From Blastocatellia bacterium (GTDB taxonomy: Bacteria > Acidobacteriota > Blastocatellia > UBA7656): a stretch of DNA of 64,000 bases. The notes below the pieces were generated by a model. The model saw only the letters and a list, made by a program, of their open reading frames with translations, ran no database searches and was not told where the DNA came from. This document shows positions 47,505 through 56,116 of the stretch, one piece after another. A program made the position numbers and the translations under genes. How positions within the stretch are numbered: the first letter of the stretch is position 1; each line of letters starts with the position of its first letter. The stretch is from the NCBI GenBank assembly GCA_035634255.1, contig DASQDI010000034.1, positions 32,509 to 96,508 of the forward strand. Reading direction: 5' to 3'.

Positions 47505-50156
47505 TCACACGCGGGCGAGGCTCGCATGCCTCGCGGGCGCTTCAATCGCCGGGATCGAGACCGCCCCGAATTCTTCGAGGACCTTCATCACCCTTTCGAG
47601 CTTTTCGTAGAAGACGACCACGACCTCGTTCTCGCCCATCTCCCGCATCGCGGTCCGCAGGGCCTCCTCCTCGTCGGGGATGACGCTGACCTCGCGGTCG
47701 GGCGCTTCGTCCTTCACCGCGTCCCGCAACAGCGCGGGCACTTCCCCCCTCGCCCTCCCGCGCAGGTCCAGGTCTTCCTTGATGATGACCCGATGGAAGC
47801 CCGCCGCCGCGCGGCCCGCCTGCTCGATGATGAGGTTGTTCCTGTCTCCGGGCGCCGCGATGACACCCGTGACCCTGCGGCCGCCCCATTGAGAAGCCAT
47901 GCGGCATATGGACTTGATCGCCTCGGAGTTGTGCGCGTAATCGACCATCACGTAACCTGAGCCGACGCGGTACAGGTTCATCCTTCCGGGGTTGTCACCC
48001 CCGATGGCGAAGCTCTTCATACTGGCCGCGACCTGCTCTTTAGACATGCCGAACGCGCGGCAGGCCGCGATGGCCGCAAGCGCGTTCGCTACGTTGAACT
48101 CCGCGGTCCCCGAGAGGGTCGCGGGGATGTTCGCCACGCGGACTATGTGGTACTCCTTGCGGCCCACGGCCTCCATGATCCACCCGCCCCGCGCGAAGTA
48201 GGCGACGCCGCCCGCGGCCACGTGCCTCCTGATCAGGAGGTGATTTTCGCGGAGCGAGAAGTAGATGACGTTGCGCTTCAACCTGTTCACCCGCGGCTCA
48301 TCCATCAGCCGCGAGAGGCGCTCGTCGTCGGCGTTGAGGATCAGGGAGCCGCCTTCCTTCACCCGCTCGGCCACGAGCGACTTGATGTAGACCAGATCGT
48401 CGATGCTCTTGATCCCGTCCTGGCCGATGTGGTCGGGCTGAATGTTCGTGAGCACGGATATGTCCGACCAGTCGTAGCCGAGGCCGCGCCGGGCTATGCC
48501 GCCTCTCGCGGTCTCAAGCACGGCGACCTCGACCGAAGGGTCGGCCAGGACGGTTCGGGCCGACTGAGGTCCCGTCGTATCGCCCCCGACTATCCGCTCT
48601 TTGCCGATGTAAATCCCATCGGTCGTGGTCATCCCGACCACCCGGCCCGTCTCCCCGAGCACGTGGGCGATCATCCGCGTGACCGTCGTCTTGCCATTCG
48701 TCCCCGTCACCGAGATCAGGGGTATTCGCGACGGCGAGCCTTCGGGGTATAGCATCTCCACGATGGCCGCCCCGACGTTGCGCGCCTGCCCGCGGCTCGG
48801 GAAATGGTGCATGCGAATTCCCGGAGAAGCGTTCACCTCGATGACGCCGCCGCGCGACAATGGCTCGGATATGTCTTTCAGCACGAGGTCGACGCCGCAG
48901 ATGTCCATGCCGATTACGCGCGCGGCCCGCTCGCACATCTTCGCGACTTCCGGGTGGACCGCGTCCGTCACGTCGATGGCCGTCCCCCCCGTCGAAAGGT
49001 TTATCCCCTCGCGCAGGTAGACGACCTCGCCCCGCGCGGGCACGTCATCGAGGCTCAGGCCGCGCTTCTTCAGGTAGGCGGACATGACGGGGTCGACTTT
49101 TATTTTGGTCAGGGGCTTCTCGTGGCCATCTCCCCGGAGCGGGTCTTCATTGAGGATGTCGATCAGCTCCGAGATGGTGCGCGACCCGTCGCCCGTGACG
49201 TGGGCCGGGAGCCGCTCGCTCGCGGCGACCATCGAGCCTCCGACCACGAGCACGCGATAATTCCGGCCCTCGAAGAGTTCTTCGACCAGAACGTCCTTCG
49301 AGAATTCGCGCGCTATCCGGAAAGCGTCCGCGACCTCGGGCTCGCTCGTTAAATTGAGCGACACGCCCCGGCCCTGGCAGCCGTTCAGGGGCTTGACGAC
49401 GACGGGCGCGCCCAGGTCTCTGAATGCCTCAATCGCCTCCGCCTCGGTCACGGCTATCACCCCGCGCGGGACCGGGATGGAGGACTGGCTCAGGACTTTC
49501 TTGGTCAATTCCTTATCGGCGGCGATCTCGACCGCGATGCAGGAAGTCCGGTCAGACATCGCGGCCTGAACGAACCGGCGGCACTTGCCGTAGCCGAGTT
49601 GCACCAGGCTGTCGCCGTTGATGCGGACCCACGGGATGTCGCGCCGCTCGGCCGCTTCGAGGATGGCTCGGGTGGTCGGCCCGAATTCCGTCTCAGCGAT
49701 TATCGAGCGCGCCTGCTTCAGCCTCTCTTCGAGGGGGAAGTCTTCGCCCCTGACGAGGGCCTCGACCAATTCCACGGCCGTTTCGAGCAGGAACCGCGTT
49801 CCCTTCTCGGCCTTGTATTCGACGACGACGTTGTAGCAGCCGGGCTCGTCGGCTTCTCTGGTTTTGCCGTGAAATGAAGGGACCCCCGCGTGCTCGGTCA
49901 GCTCAAGCGCGACGTGCTCGACGATGTGGCCGAAGTAAGTGCCCTCGCGCAGGCGCTCGACGAAGCCCCCCTCCCTCCCGAGCGAGCAGTGATGCTCGCG
50001 CATGCCGGGGAGCAGGTCGAGCAAACGGTCCACGAATCCAGGGATTTCGTAGCTCTCTTTTTCGAACAGGTCTTCGAGGTATAGCCTCATAACGAGGACG
50101 GGATTATGGCTGTAGATGTTAGGACCTGAAAGAGTCCTTATTCCGTCGATTCTCAT
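47505..50156 (-). CDS. cphA: Cyanophycin synthetase (ATP-grasp + Mur-ligase-like domains)
   Basis: 883 aa. N-terminus MRIDGIRTLSGPNIYSHNPVLVMRLYLEDL is characteristic. ATP-grasp region (VVKPLNGCQGRGV). Mur-ligase P-loop ISVTGTNGKTTVTRM. Immediately downstream of the cyanophycinase gene. Confidence 0.9.
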   Translation of the reverse strand: MRIDGIRTLSGPNIYSHNPVLVMRLYLEDLFEKESYEIPGFVDRLLDLLPGMREHHCSLGREGGFVERLREGTYFGHIVEHVALELTEHAGVPSFHGKTREADEPGCYNVVVEYKAEKGTRFLLETAVELVEALVRGEDFPLEERLKQARSIIAETEFGPTTRAILEAAERRDIPWVRINGDSLVQLGYGKCRRFVQAAMSDRTSCIAVEIAADKELTKKVLSQSSIPVPRGVIAVTEAEAIEAFRDLGAPVVVKPLNGCQGRGVSLNLTSEPEVADAFRIAREFSKDVLVEELFEGRNYRVLVVGGSMVAASERLPAHVTGDGSRTISELIDILNEDPLRGDGHEKPLTKIKVDPVMSAYLKKRGLSLDDVPARGEVVYLREGINLSTGGTAIDVTDAVHPEVAKMCERAARVIGMDICGVDLVLKDISEPLSRGGVIEVNASPGIRMHHFPSRGQARNVGAAIVEMLYPEGSPSRIPLISVTGTNGKTTVTRMIAHVLGETGRVVGMTTTDGIYIGKERIVGGDTTGPQSARTVLADPSVEVAVLETARGGIARRGLGYDWSDISVLTNIQPDHIGQDGIKSIDDLVYIKSLVAERVKEGGSLILNADDERLSRLMDEPRVNRLKRNVIYFSLRENHLLIRRHVAAGGVAYFARGGWIMEAVGRKEYHIVRVANIPATLSGTAEFNVANALAAIAACRAFGMSKEQVAASMKSFAIGGDNPGRMNLYRVGSGYVMVDYAHNSEAIKSICRMASQWGGRRVTGVIAAPGDRNNLIIEQAGRAAAGFHRVIIKEDLDLRGRARGEVPALLRDAVKDEAPDREVSVIPDEEEALRTAMREMGENEVVVVFYEKLERVMKVLEEFGAVSIPAIEAPARHASLARV

Positions 50157-50384
50157 TAATTCACCTCTCGGTCGCCTTTTCTTTATGCCTGGATTTCGAG
50201 CTTGCTGCCGCCTCCGTCAATCATCCGGTCACCGGCCGCCGGGTCGATCCATCAGGTCGATCTATCAACCGGGCGGCCCCGGCGAGGACGTGCGCCCGCG
50301 CGTCGTAGAGCCATTTAAAGCTCTCTGCGCGGAATCTCTTTCGATGTGAGTGTAGTTATTAGTAAAAGCCCCGACCCCTCTCTT

Positions 50385-51338
50385 TCATCTTTTCGATCCG
50401 GCGCGTTTCTTTGCGCCTCGCGGCTTCTTCGGGGCGCGCGCCCTCACGGGGTTGCGGGCCGACCCCTCCACGCTCTTGCGCTCGGAAGCCGCCTCCGCCC
50501 CCGCCCAGGCCTCCCCCTTCACCAGAGGCAGGCGATTCTGTAGGTCGAAGCCGTACCCCGCCGGCAGTATGTGAATCTTGACTCCGCAAAGGGCGAGCAT
50601 ATCGTTCTTGTTGAGCCCCAGCAGGTTGGTGTAAGTCAGAGCGCCCGCGTCGATGACCGTGACGGAGCCTTCCCCGATCACCTCGAACCAGTGGCCGCTC
50701 GTGACTATGGCCGTGTCTTCATCGATCCCCACCCCCAGGTCGCGGGGGTACTGGGCCACGGCCGAGAGCAGGCGCCGGAGCCTGCCCCTCTGCTCAAAAT
50801 GCTGGTCAATCAGAACGCCCGAGACGAACTCCATGCCGGGGCCGAGTTCGACGATGCCTACCCTGAGCGGGGACGATGATAGACCTCCGACGATCATAAC
50901 GCTGGACATCATGGCGGCCCCGGCGCTCGTGCCCGCGAGGACAAGCCCTTCCTCGTGCAGCTTGTGGAGCGCGGTGTCAATCTCCGTCCCCCCTAACAAT
51001 CTGGTGATGCGAAGTTGCGTACCGCCCGTGAAGAATACTCCTGTGGCACCTTTTATGGCTTCCAGGGCCGCCGGGTCGTTCGCGTCCTGGCGGCTGGAGA
51101 TGTCGAGGTAGCGCGCCTCCGAAGCCCCGAGCCGCCTGAACACCTCGGTGTATCTCGCCCCCAGGGTCGAAGGATTATCCGAGGCCACCGCGATCACGAC
51201 GACGCGGGCTTTTTCGCCGCCGGAGAGCCGGACGAACTCTTTGAGAATCCTGCACTCCCCCTCTTTGTCTTCCGCCCCGCCGATGATGACCAATCGCCCG
51301 GAAGCCTTATTCGAATCTCTCGATCTCCTGGTCTTCAA
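50385..51338 (-). CDS. cphB: Cyanophycinase (peptidase S51) with unusual Lys/Arg-rich C-terminal tail
   Basis: GRLVIIGGAEDKEG, FFTGGTQLR and catalytic Ser context LAGTSAGAAMMSS. C-terminal APKKPRGAKKRAGSKR. Confidence 0.85.
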   Translation of the reverse strand: MKTRRSRDSNKASGRLVIIGGAEDKEGECRILKEFVRLSGGEKARVVVIAVASDNPSTLGARYTEVFRRLGASEARYLDISSRQDANDPAALEAIKGATGVFFTGGTQLRITRLLGGTEIDTALHKLHEEGLVLAGTSAGAAMMSSVMIVGGLSSSPLRVGIVELGPGMEFVSGVLIDQHFEQRGRLRRLLSAVAQYPRDLGVGIDEDTAIVTSGHWFEVIGEGSVTVIDAGALTYTNLLGLNKNDMLALCGVKIHILPAGYGFDLQNRLPLVKGEAWAGAEAASERKSVEGSARNPVRARAPKKPRGAKKRAGSKR

Positions 51339-51629
51339 TCAACTCCTCTGATATTCAGCAAAGGCTCCGGCGGTCATTCGTAGCCGCCAGAGCCTTCAAA
51401 ACCTCGGCCCTGATGTAGCAAAGCCCGTTCCTCGCCCGCGCTCGGGGAGGCCGCAATTCGCAGTTCAAATTACGCGCGTTCCGGACATCAGCCGGAATGC
51501 ACGGGGCGAGGAGTTCAGGAAATCATGAGACAACATTGCCTTCGCCGGAAACATTTCTTGGACCCTCCGCGGCCCGGCCTGTTTACGAGGCGCATGCGGG
51601 TCAGAGGGGGCGCGACTTCTCGGGCCGGA

Positions 51630-51794
51630 TCAAATCTCGCCCTTACGCTCTTTCTCCTCTATGTCCTGCTCGATAATGTCTCTGTCACCTTCGGCTTTCG
51701 TGGCCGTCCTGTTCGGCTCGTTCTGAAGTTCTTCGCTCCCGGACGCGCCGCCCGCCTGATCCTTCTTTTCGCCGCTCGTTTTTGCATCAGCCAT
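51630..51794 (-). CDS. Unannotated small hydrophilic protein (54 aa; MADAKTSGEKKDQAGGASGSEELQNEPNRTATKAEGDRDIIEQDIEEKERKGEI)
   Basis: Found by reading the minus strand of the 950-bp gap between cphB and the DUF883 gene. ATG preceded by gggaga SD (ccgggagaaccttaaatATG). Below the 60-aa cut-off of the ORF track. Coordinates approximate to +/-2 nt. Confidence 0.4.
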   Translation of the reverse strand: MADAKTSGEKKDQAGGASGSEELQNEPNRTATKAEGDRDIIEQDIEEKERKGEI

Positions 51795-52296
51795 ATTTAA
51801 GGTTCTCCCGGATTATCTGAAAACGACCTCACACCTTCCCCGGCTCGGATGAGCCTCTCAGATTCAGGGCAAAGGGAATGCCAGTCCCGCAAAAGAGTGA
51901 CGGCTGGGGCAGGGGCGGCGGGCGATGAGTTGGTGAGCGCGGAGCAGGCGGTTCAACTAAAAGAGAGTGTCTTCAATAGAGTACCTCCGCCCCGGAATAT
52001 GAGTGATATTCAGACACTACTGCACGCTAAAGGGACATGGATGCAGGCCCCGAGCGGGTACGCGCGCGCGTGGCTCGCGTGTTCGGGCCGGGCGGCGGAG
52101 GCAAACTTTTCGCGCCCCGTCTCATATATCTCCGCCTGATTTGCGATTTATGGCCTTTCGCCGCGGGCGAGGGGCGACGGGTTCGGGCCGCGAAGAATCC
52201 GCGCGAAGCCGTTTCGGGTGCTGGCATTTGTTTTGCAACTATCCAGAAGAGTATCAGTGAGTAAGCCGAACGTTACTGTTAGGAGAGGATGTAGAA

Positions 52297-52671
52297 ATGG
52301 AAGAGATTACGAACAGCAGAAACACTCAGGGAACGGCGACGAGCCGGGCCACTTCTAGAACAGGATCATCCTACGAAAAAGGGGGGTCTACCTTAGATAA
52401 CATCAAGACCACCGTGGCCGAGAAGCTCTACTCCGCAGCGGACACTCTTCAGCAGAAGGCGGGGCAGACCAACCAGCCGGACAGCACGATGGCGACTTAT
52501 GGGACTCAGGCCTCCGAGTGGCTCAACCGCTCGGCCGACTACATCCGCGACCTGGATGTGAACAAAGTAAAGACCGACGTGCAGAATGAAGTTCGGCAGA
52601 ACCCTGGGCGCAGCCTGCTCATCGCGACGGCGGCCGGTCTCATTCTCGGAGCTTTATTTCGCAGGAGGTAG
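52297..52671 (+). CDS. DUF883 (ElaB/YqjD-like) C-tail-anchored membrane stress protein
   Basis: aggagagg SD. Hydrophilic helical N-part. C-terminal NPGRSLLIATAAGLILGALFRRR TM anchor, typical of the ElaB/YqjD/DUF883 family. Confidence 0.7.
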   Translation: MEEITNSRNTQGTATSRATSRTGSSYEKGGSTLDNIKTTVAEKLYSAADTLQQKAGQTNQPDSTMATYGTQASEWLNRSADYIRDLDVNKVKTDVQNEVRQNPGRSLLIATAAGLILGALFRRR

Positions 52672-52676
52672 TAATC

Positions 52677-53096
52677 ATGCAAACTCGCCCTGGATTTGAT
52701 CCACAGGCTAATCTCGACGCGCAACGCGAGTCTTTCGGCGTTTTACTCGGGCAACTGGCTAATGATTCGGCGGCGCTGGTCCGCGATGAGATCGCGCTCG
52801 CCAAGCAGGAGATGACGGAGAAGGTATCCGCGTTTAAATCGGGGGTGGTCGTCTTAGTCGCCGGTGCCGTCATCGGGCTGCTGGCCGTCCTGACTCTGCT
52901 CGCCGCCGCCGTAATCGGCCTCGGCAATATCATCGGGCCGGGCTACTCCGCTCTCCTGATAGGAGTCGTGCTGGCCGTCGTCGCGGGCATCATATGCGCT
53001 ATGGGCATGAGGCGGCTGAAGGAGACGAGCCTCAAGCCCGAGCAGACCATCGAAACCCTGGAGGAAGATAAGGAATGGCTGAAAGAACTGACGTAG
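52677..53096 (+). CDS. Holin-X-like (phage holin family, Holin superfamily III type) two-TM membrane protein
   Basis: ESFGVLLGQLANDSAALVRDEIALAKQEMTEKVSAFKSGVVVLVAGAVIGLLAVLTLLAAAVIGLG...LLIGVVLAVVAGIICAMGMRRLKE matches the 'putative actinobacterial holin-X' architecture that commonly sits between DUF883 and DUF3618 genes. Confidence 0.65.
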   Translation: MQTRPGFDPQANLDAQRESFGVLLGQLANDSAALVRDEIALAKQEMTEKVSAFKSGVVVLVAGAVIGLLAVLTLLAAAVIGLGNIIGPGYSALLIGVVLAVVAGIICAMGMRRLKETSLKPEQTIETLEEDKEWLKELT

Positions 53097-53614
53097 CAAC
53101 CAGGTCGCGCGCCGGGGCCGGCCCCGCGGAGCGCAGCGCCGAAGAGATTCGCCAGGATATCGCCGCGAAACGCGATACCATCACGGAGACCGTCGACAAG
53201 CTAGGGGAGCGAATTCAGGAGACTCTTGACTGGCGCGAGTACATTGGTCAATACCCATACCTCGCGCTGGGTCTCGCCGCGGGTCTGGGCTTTCTCGTCT
53301 CGGGCATCTTCAAACGTAACCCGACGCCGACCGAACGAATGATCGACGCCCTTGCCGACTCCGTCGAGGACATCACCGACCGCTTCCGTGACTCCCTGGG
53401 GGATGTCATACCCAAGAAGACCGGTCCCGGCCGCACCGTCAAGGCCGCCGTCACCGGAGCCGTCGCGACCGCCGCGACCAACTATCTGAAGAACCAGGTC
53501 AGCACTAGGCTCGGCTTCGGGTCCGGGGAGCAGGCCAGCACGCGACGCGATTCGCCTCGCGGCAGTCAGGGTTACGCAAGGAGCATGAACGCCGGAGATC
53601 GCGGGGGCTTTTAA
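53075..53614 (+). CDS. DUF3618 domain membrane protein
   Basis: RSAEEIRQDIAAKRDTITETVDKLGERIQE is the DUF3618 signature (SPEEIRADIE.TR..L..T...L). Central TM segment YPYLALGLAAGLGFLVSGIF. Overlaps the previous gene by 22 nt. Confidence 0.65.
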   Translation: MAERTDVATRSRAGAGPAERSAEEIRQDIAAKRDTITETVDKLGERIQETLDWREYIGQYPYLALGLAAGLGFLVSGIFKRNPTPTERMIDALADSVEDITDRFRDSLGDVIPKKTGPGRTVKAAVTGAVATAATNYLKNQVSTRLGFGSGEQASTRRDSPRGSQGYARSMNAGDRGGF

Positions 53615-53704
53615 ACCGGACGCGGGTGGTCGGCTCCTTTTCTATCAAGCAGTTTCAAGAGGGACTTAACAACAAATTCATCCAGGAGGAAATTAGGAGG
53701 AAAT

Positions 53705-54235
53705 ATGGAATCTAATAAGAACACGGCAAACGAACAGAACAAAACGACCACGGGCACCCAGTCGTCTGGCGGTCAGGGCTCATCGAAGACTTCGGGCAGC
53801 ACCACGGGCTCTTCGATGGGGTCTACGACGGGCTCGACCACGGGCTCGACCACAGGCTCAACTACGGGCTCGACCACAGGATCGACCACGGGCACGAGTT
53901 CGTCCGCGGGCAGGCAGTCCGGCTACACGGCGGGCAGCGCGACTCAGGCGGCCCGCTCTCAGGGCGGCGAGGGCGGCGCTGAAATGTATGACCAGGCCAG
54001 GCATGCCGTGACCGAGGCGTACGACCGCACGAGCGAGACCCTGTCAAACACCTACGAGCAGGCGATAAATTACGGGCGCGAGAACCCCGGCAAATTCGCC
54101 TTAATCGCTTTCGGAGCCGGTATCGGCATCGGCGTGCTCCTGGCCAGCGCGGGCTCGGGCCGCAGCCGCACGAGCCGTATCGCCGAGCCTGTCGTGAACG
54201 CGCTCTCGCAGGTGGCGATGGAATTCATCCGGTAA
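53705..54235 (+). CDS. DUF883/YqjD-like tail-anchored protein with (T-G-S-T)n low-complexity repeat
   Basis: N-terminus GSTTGSSMGSTTGSTTGSTTGSTTGSTTGSTTGTSSS. Then helical AEMYDQARHAVTEAYDRTSETLSNTYEQA. C-terminal NPGKFALIAFGAGIGIGVLLASAG TM anchor. Confidence 0.65.
   Translation: MESNKNTANEQNKTTTGTQSSGGQGSSKTSGSTTGSSMGSTTGSTTGSTTGSTTGSTTGSTTGTSSSAGRQSGYTAGSATQAARSQGGEGGAEMYDQARHAVTEAYDRTSETLSNTYEQAINYGRENPGKFALIAFGAGIGIGVLLASAGSGRSRTSRIAEPVVNALSQVAMEFIR
53807..53893 (+). repeat. Coding 12-nt tandem repeat (ggctcgaccacg-like, ~7 units) encoding (TGST)n
   Basis: ggctcgaccacg ggctcgaccaca ggctcaactacg ggctcgaccaca ggatcgaccacg, read directly. Confidence 0.8.
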
Positions 54236-54331
54236 GCATGCAGTCGGCGGCGCACGTTCGGAGTTCGCTTTGAACGTGCGCCCGCTCGAATGCAGATGCA
54301 GGCAAAGCTCGGCTTTGCACAATCCGATCAG

Positions 54332-54359
54332 GGCGCGATTAAATCGCGCCTTTTTTTTT
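54332..54359 (+). terminator. Strong rho-independent terminator
   Basis: gggcgcgatt aaatcgcgcc followed by ttttttttt. Confidence 0.8.
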
Positions 54360-54442
54360 GGCCGGGAACCCGCCCCGCGCGGTGATTTATCGGCGGCATG
54401 TTGTATAATCCTGCCGGACGCTCGCGGCAGGCCGAAGGAAGT

Positions 54443-54610
54443 ATGGACAAACAAGACAAACCCAAGATAGAGCAGATGGAAATCCTGAGGGAACAGGCGT
54501 TGTACGGACCTCAAGAGAATCGTGAGGAAGCGCAGAAGGAGTACGAAGAGTTCCGAGAGAAATTGCTGGGCCATGAGCAATGCGAGACCCCAAAATCACA
54601 CGAAAGCTAA
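54443..54610 (+). CDS. Small acidic hypothetical protein (55 aa)
   Basis: gaagga SD then ATG (MDKQDKPKIEQMEILREQALYGPQENREEAQKEYEEFREKLLGHEQCETPKSHES). No recognised domain. Confidence 0.4.
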   Translation: MDKQDKPKIEQMEILREQALYGPQENREEAQKEYEEFREKLLGHEQCETPKSHES

Positions 54611-54624
54611 GAGGAAATTAAAAG

Positions 54625-54852
54625 ATGGGAGATAAGGTAATTACTTGCGCGGACTGTGGGCAGTCGTTCACGTTTTCTGCCGGCGAACAGGATTTCTACC
54701 AGCAAAAAGGTATGAGTGAGCCGAAACGTTGCAAAGAGTGCCGGGCGGCCAAAAAGGCCGAGAGAGGCGGCGGGGGCGGAGGCGGCAACCGCAGGGGCGG
54801 CGGAGGCAGCGGAGGTGGAGGCGGACGCGGCGGCTCGTACAACCAGTGGTAA
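54625..54852 (+). CDS. CxxC-x17-CxxC zinc-ribbon protein with Gly/Arg-rich (RGG-like) C-terminal tail
   Basis: MGDKVITCADCGQSFTFSAGEQDFYQQKGMSEPKRCKECRAAKK matches the widespread small zinc-ribbon family (...C.DCG..F.FS..EQ.FY..KG...P.RC..CR). Tail GGGGGGGNRRGGGGSGGGGGRGGSYNQW. Confidence 0.65.
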   Translation: MGDKVITCADCGQSFTFSAGEQDFYQQKGMSEPKRCKECRAAKKAERGGGGGGGNRRGGGGSGGGGGRGGSYNQW

Positions 54853-54960
54853 AAGTCGGGGGCAGTCCTCACCCGCAGGGATGCGGAGAACCGCCAGCAA
54901 GTCGAGGCGATTTGCTGGCGGTTTGATTTGAGAGCGGCTGGCGGGCTCCTGCCCGAAAGC

Positions 54961-55428
54961 TTATTTATTCAGCCTCGCCTTAGGCTGGTAAGTACCCGGC
55001 ACGGCTCGGAAAGATATGCTCAGGCGGTTCCAGCTGTTGATGGCGACGACCGCGGCGGTCAGGTTGATCAACTCTTCGTCCGAGAAATGCTGCCGGACCT
55101 GCTCAAACACCTCGTCAGGCGCATGCCCGTCGGCTATGAGCGTGACCGCTTCCGTCCAGGCCAGAGCGGCCCGCTCGCGTTCCGTAAAGAAAGGGGTCTC
55201 CCGCCACGCGCTGAGCGTGTAGAGCCTCTGTTCGGTCTCATCATCCGCCCGCGCGTCTTTCGTGTGCATATCGAGGCAGTAGGCGCAGCCATTGATCTGC
55301 GACGCGCGAACCTTGACCAGCGCGAGTAAGGAATGCTCAAGCCCGCACTCGTCCACGTACTTCTGTAACGAGTACATTGCCCTTAATGCGCCGGGCGCTA
55401 CCTTGTCATAATTCAATCGTGGTTGCAT
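54961..55428 (-). CDS. Carboxymuconolactone decarboxylase / AhpD-like family protein
   Basis: QINGCAYCLDMHTKDA is the CxxC...H AhpD-core motif. 155 aa, the typical size. Confidence 0.75.
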   Translation of the reverse strand: MQPRLNYDKVAPGALRAMYSLQKYVDECGLEHSLLALVKVRASQINGCAYCLDMHTKDARADDETEQRLYTLSAWRETPFFTERERAALAWTEAVTLIADGHAPDEVFEQVRQHFSDEELINLTAAVVAINSWNRLSISFRAVPGTYQPKARLNK

Positions 55429-55593
55429 TGTTTCTCCCTTGTGTACGTTGGTTTTCTACCTACCCATACCACGATCGAGGGCCTCGAAAGGTTACGTCAG
55501 CCCGCATGAGATGACAGCCCGGCGGTGGCCAATATTTACGCGATCAAGTAGAATGCGCTCTTTGTTTCGGTAGTCCCACTAAGGAGGCAAAGT

Positions 55594-55866
55594 ATGGCAG
55601 ATTCCGGCAATCTATATGGGACCGTGATAGATGATCAGGGGCAGGCACTTCCGGGAGTGACTGTAACTCTAATGGGACTGGGGCCTCTTATGGTTCAGAT
55701 TACAGACGCTCGGGGGAGGTGCAGATTTCCAAATCTCTCACCGGGCACTTATAGCCTTAGAGCGCAATTAGAGGGATTCGCTACGGTTGATGATCGGAAC
55801 ATCCAAATCAGAGTGGGTAGGAATACCGAGGTTGAAGTTGAGATGAAGCCTGCGGTAACAGAGTAG
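55594..55866 (+). CDS. Stand-alone carboxypeptidase-regulatory-like (CarbopepD_reg_2 / Cna-B-like) domain protein, 90 aa, no signal peptide
   Basis: Perfect aaggagg SD 7 nt before the ATG, with an in-frame TAG just upstream. YGTVIDDQGQALPGVTVTL...TDARGRCRFPNLSPGTYSLRAQLEGFATV is the canonical pattern seen at the N-termini of Acidobacteria TonB-dependent receptors. Confidence 0.6.
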   Translation: MADSGNLYGTVIDDQGQALPGVTVTLMGLGPLMVQITDARGRCRFPNLSPGTYSLRAQLEGFATVDDRNIQIRVGRNTEVEVEMKPAVTE

Positions 55867-55921
55867 ATTTCACCGAGTTCCGCCTACATAGAGAGGTAAA
55901 TGGTCTGAGATGGGGAGTGAG

Positions 55922-55994
55922 TACCCGCGGCAGGAGTCGAACCTGCGACCTCTTGCTCCGGAGGCAAGCGCTCTATCCACTGAGCTACGCGGGC
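55922..55994 (-). tRNA. tRNA-Arg (anticodon CCG)
   Basis: Reverse complement gcccgcgtagctcagtggatagagcgcttgcctCCGgagcaagaggtcgcaggttcgactcctgccgcgggta. Acceptor stem 7 bp with a G-U at position 1-72. D-arm agctcagtggatagagc. Anticodon stem cttgc/gcaag with loop ctCCGga. T-arm gcagg-ttcgact-cctgc. 73 nt. Confidence 0.85.
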
Positions 55995-56116
55995 ATTCGT
56001 TCGGTTATCAATTCGGGCTTCGGACGGGGCCCGAAGTCCTGAAACAGGATACAGAGTAAGCAGCGCCCTGTCAATTTTCAGATTCCCGCAGCCGTGCGGG
56101 CCGAAGGAGAAAAGAA

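Noticed and set aside
47526-50092. Numerous 60-200-aa ORFs on both strands within 47505-50156
   Set aside because: All lie inside cphA, whose minus-strand frame has ATP-grasp and Mur-ligase motifs over its entire length.
53807-53893. Short tandem repeats considered as a possible CRISPR array
   Set aside because: 12-nt units with no spacers, in-frame within a coding gene (TGST repeat). It is a coding microsatellite. No CRISPR repeat-spacer architecture or cas genes anywhere in the window.
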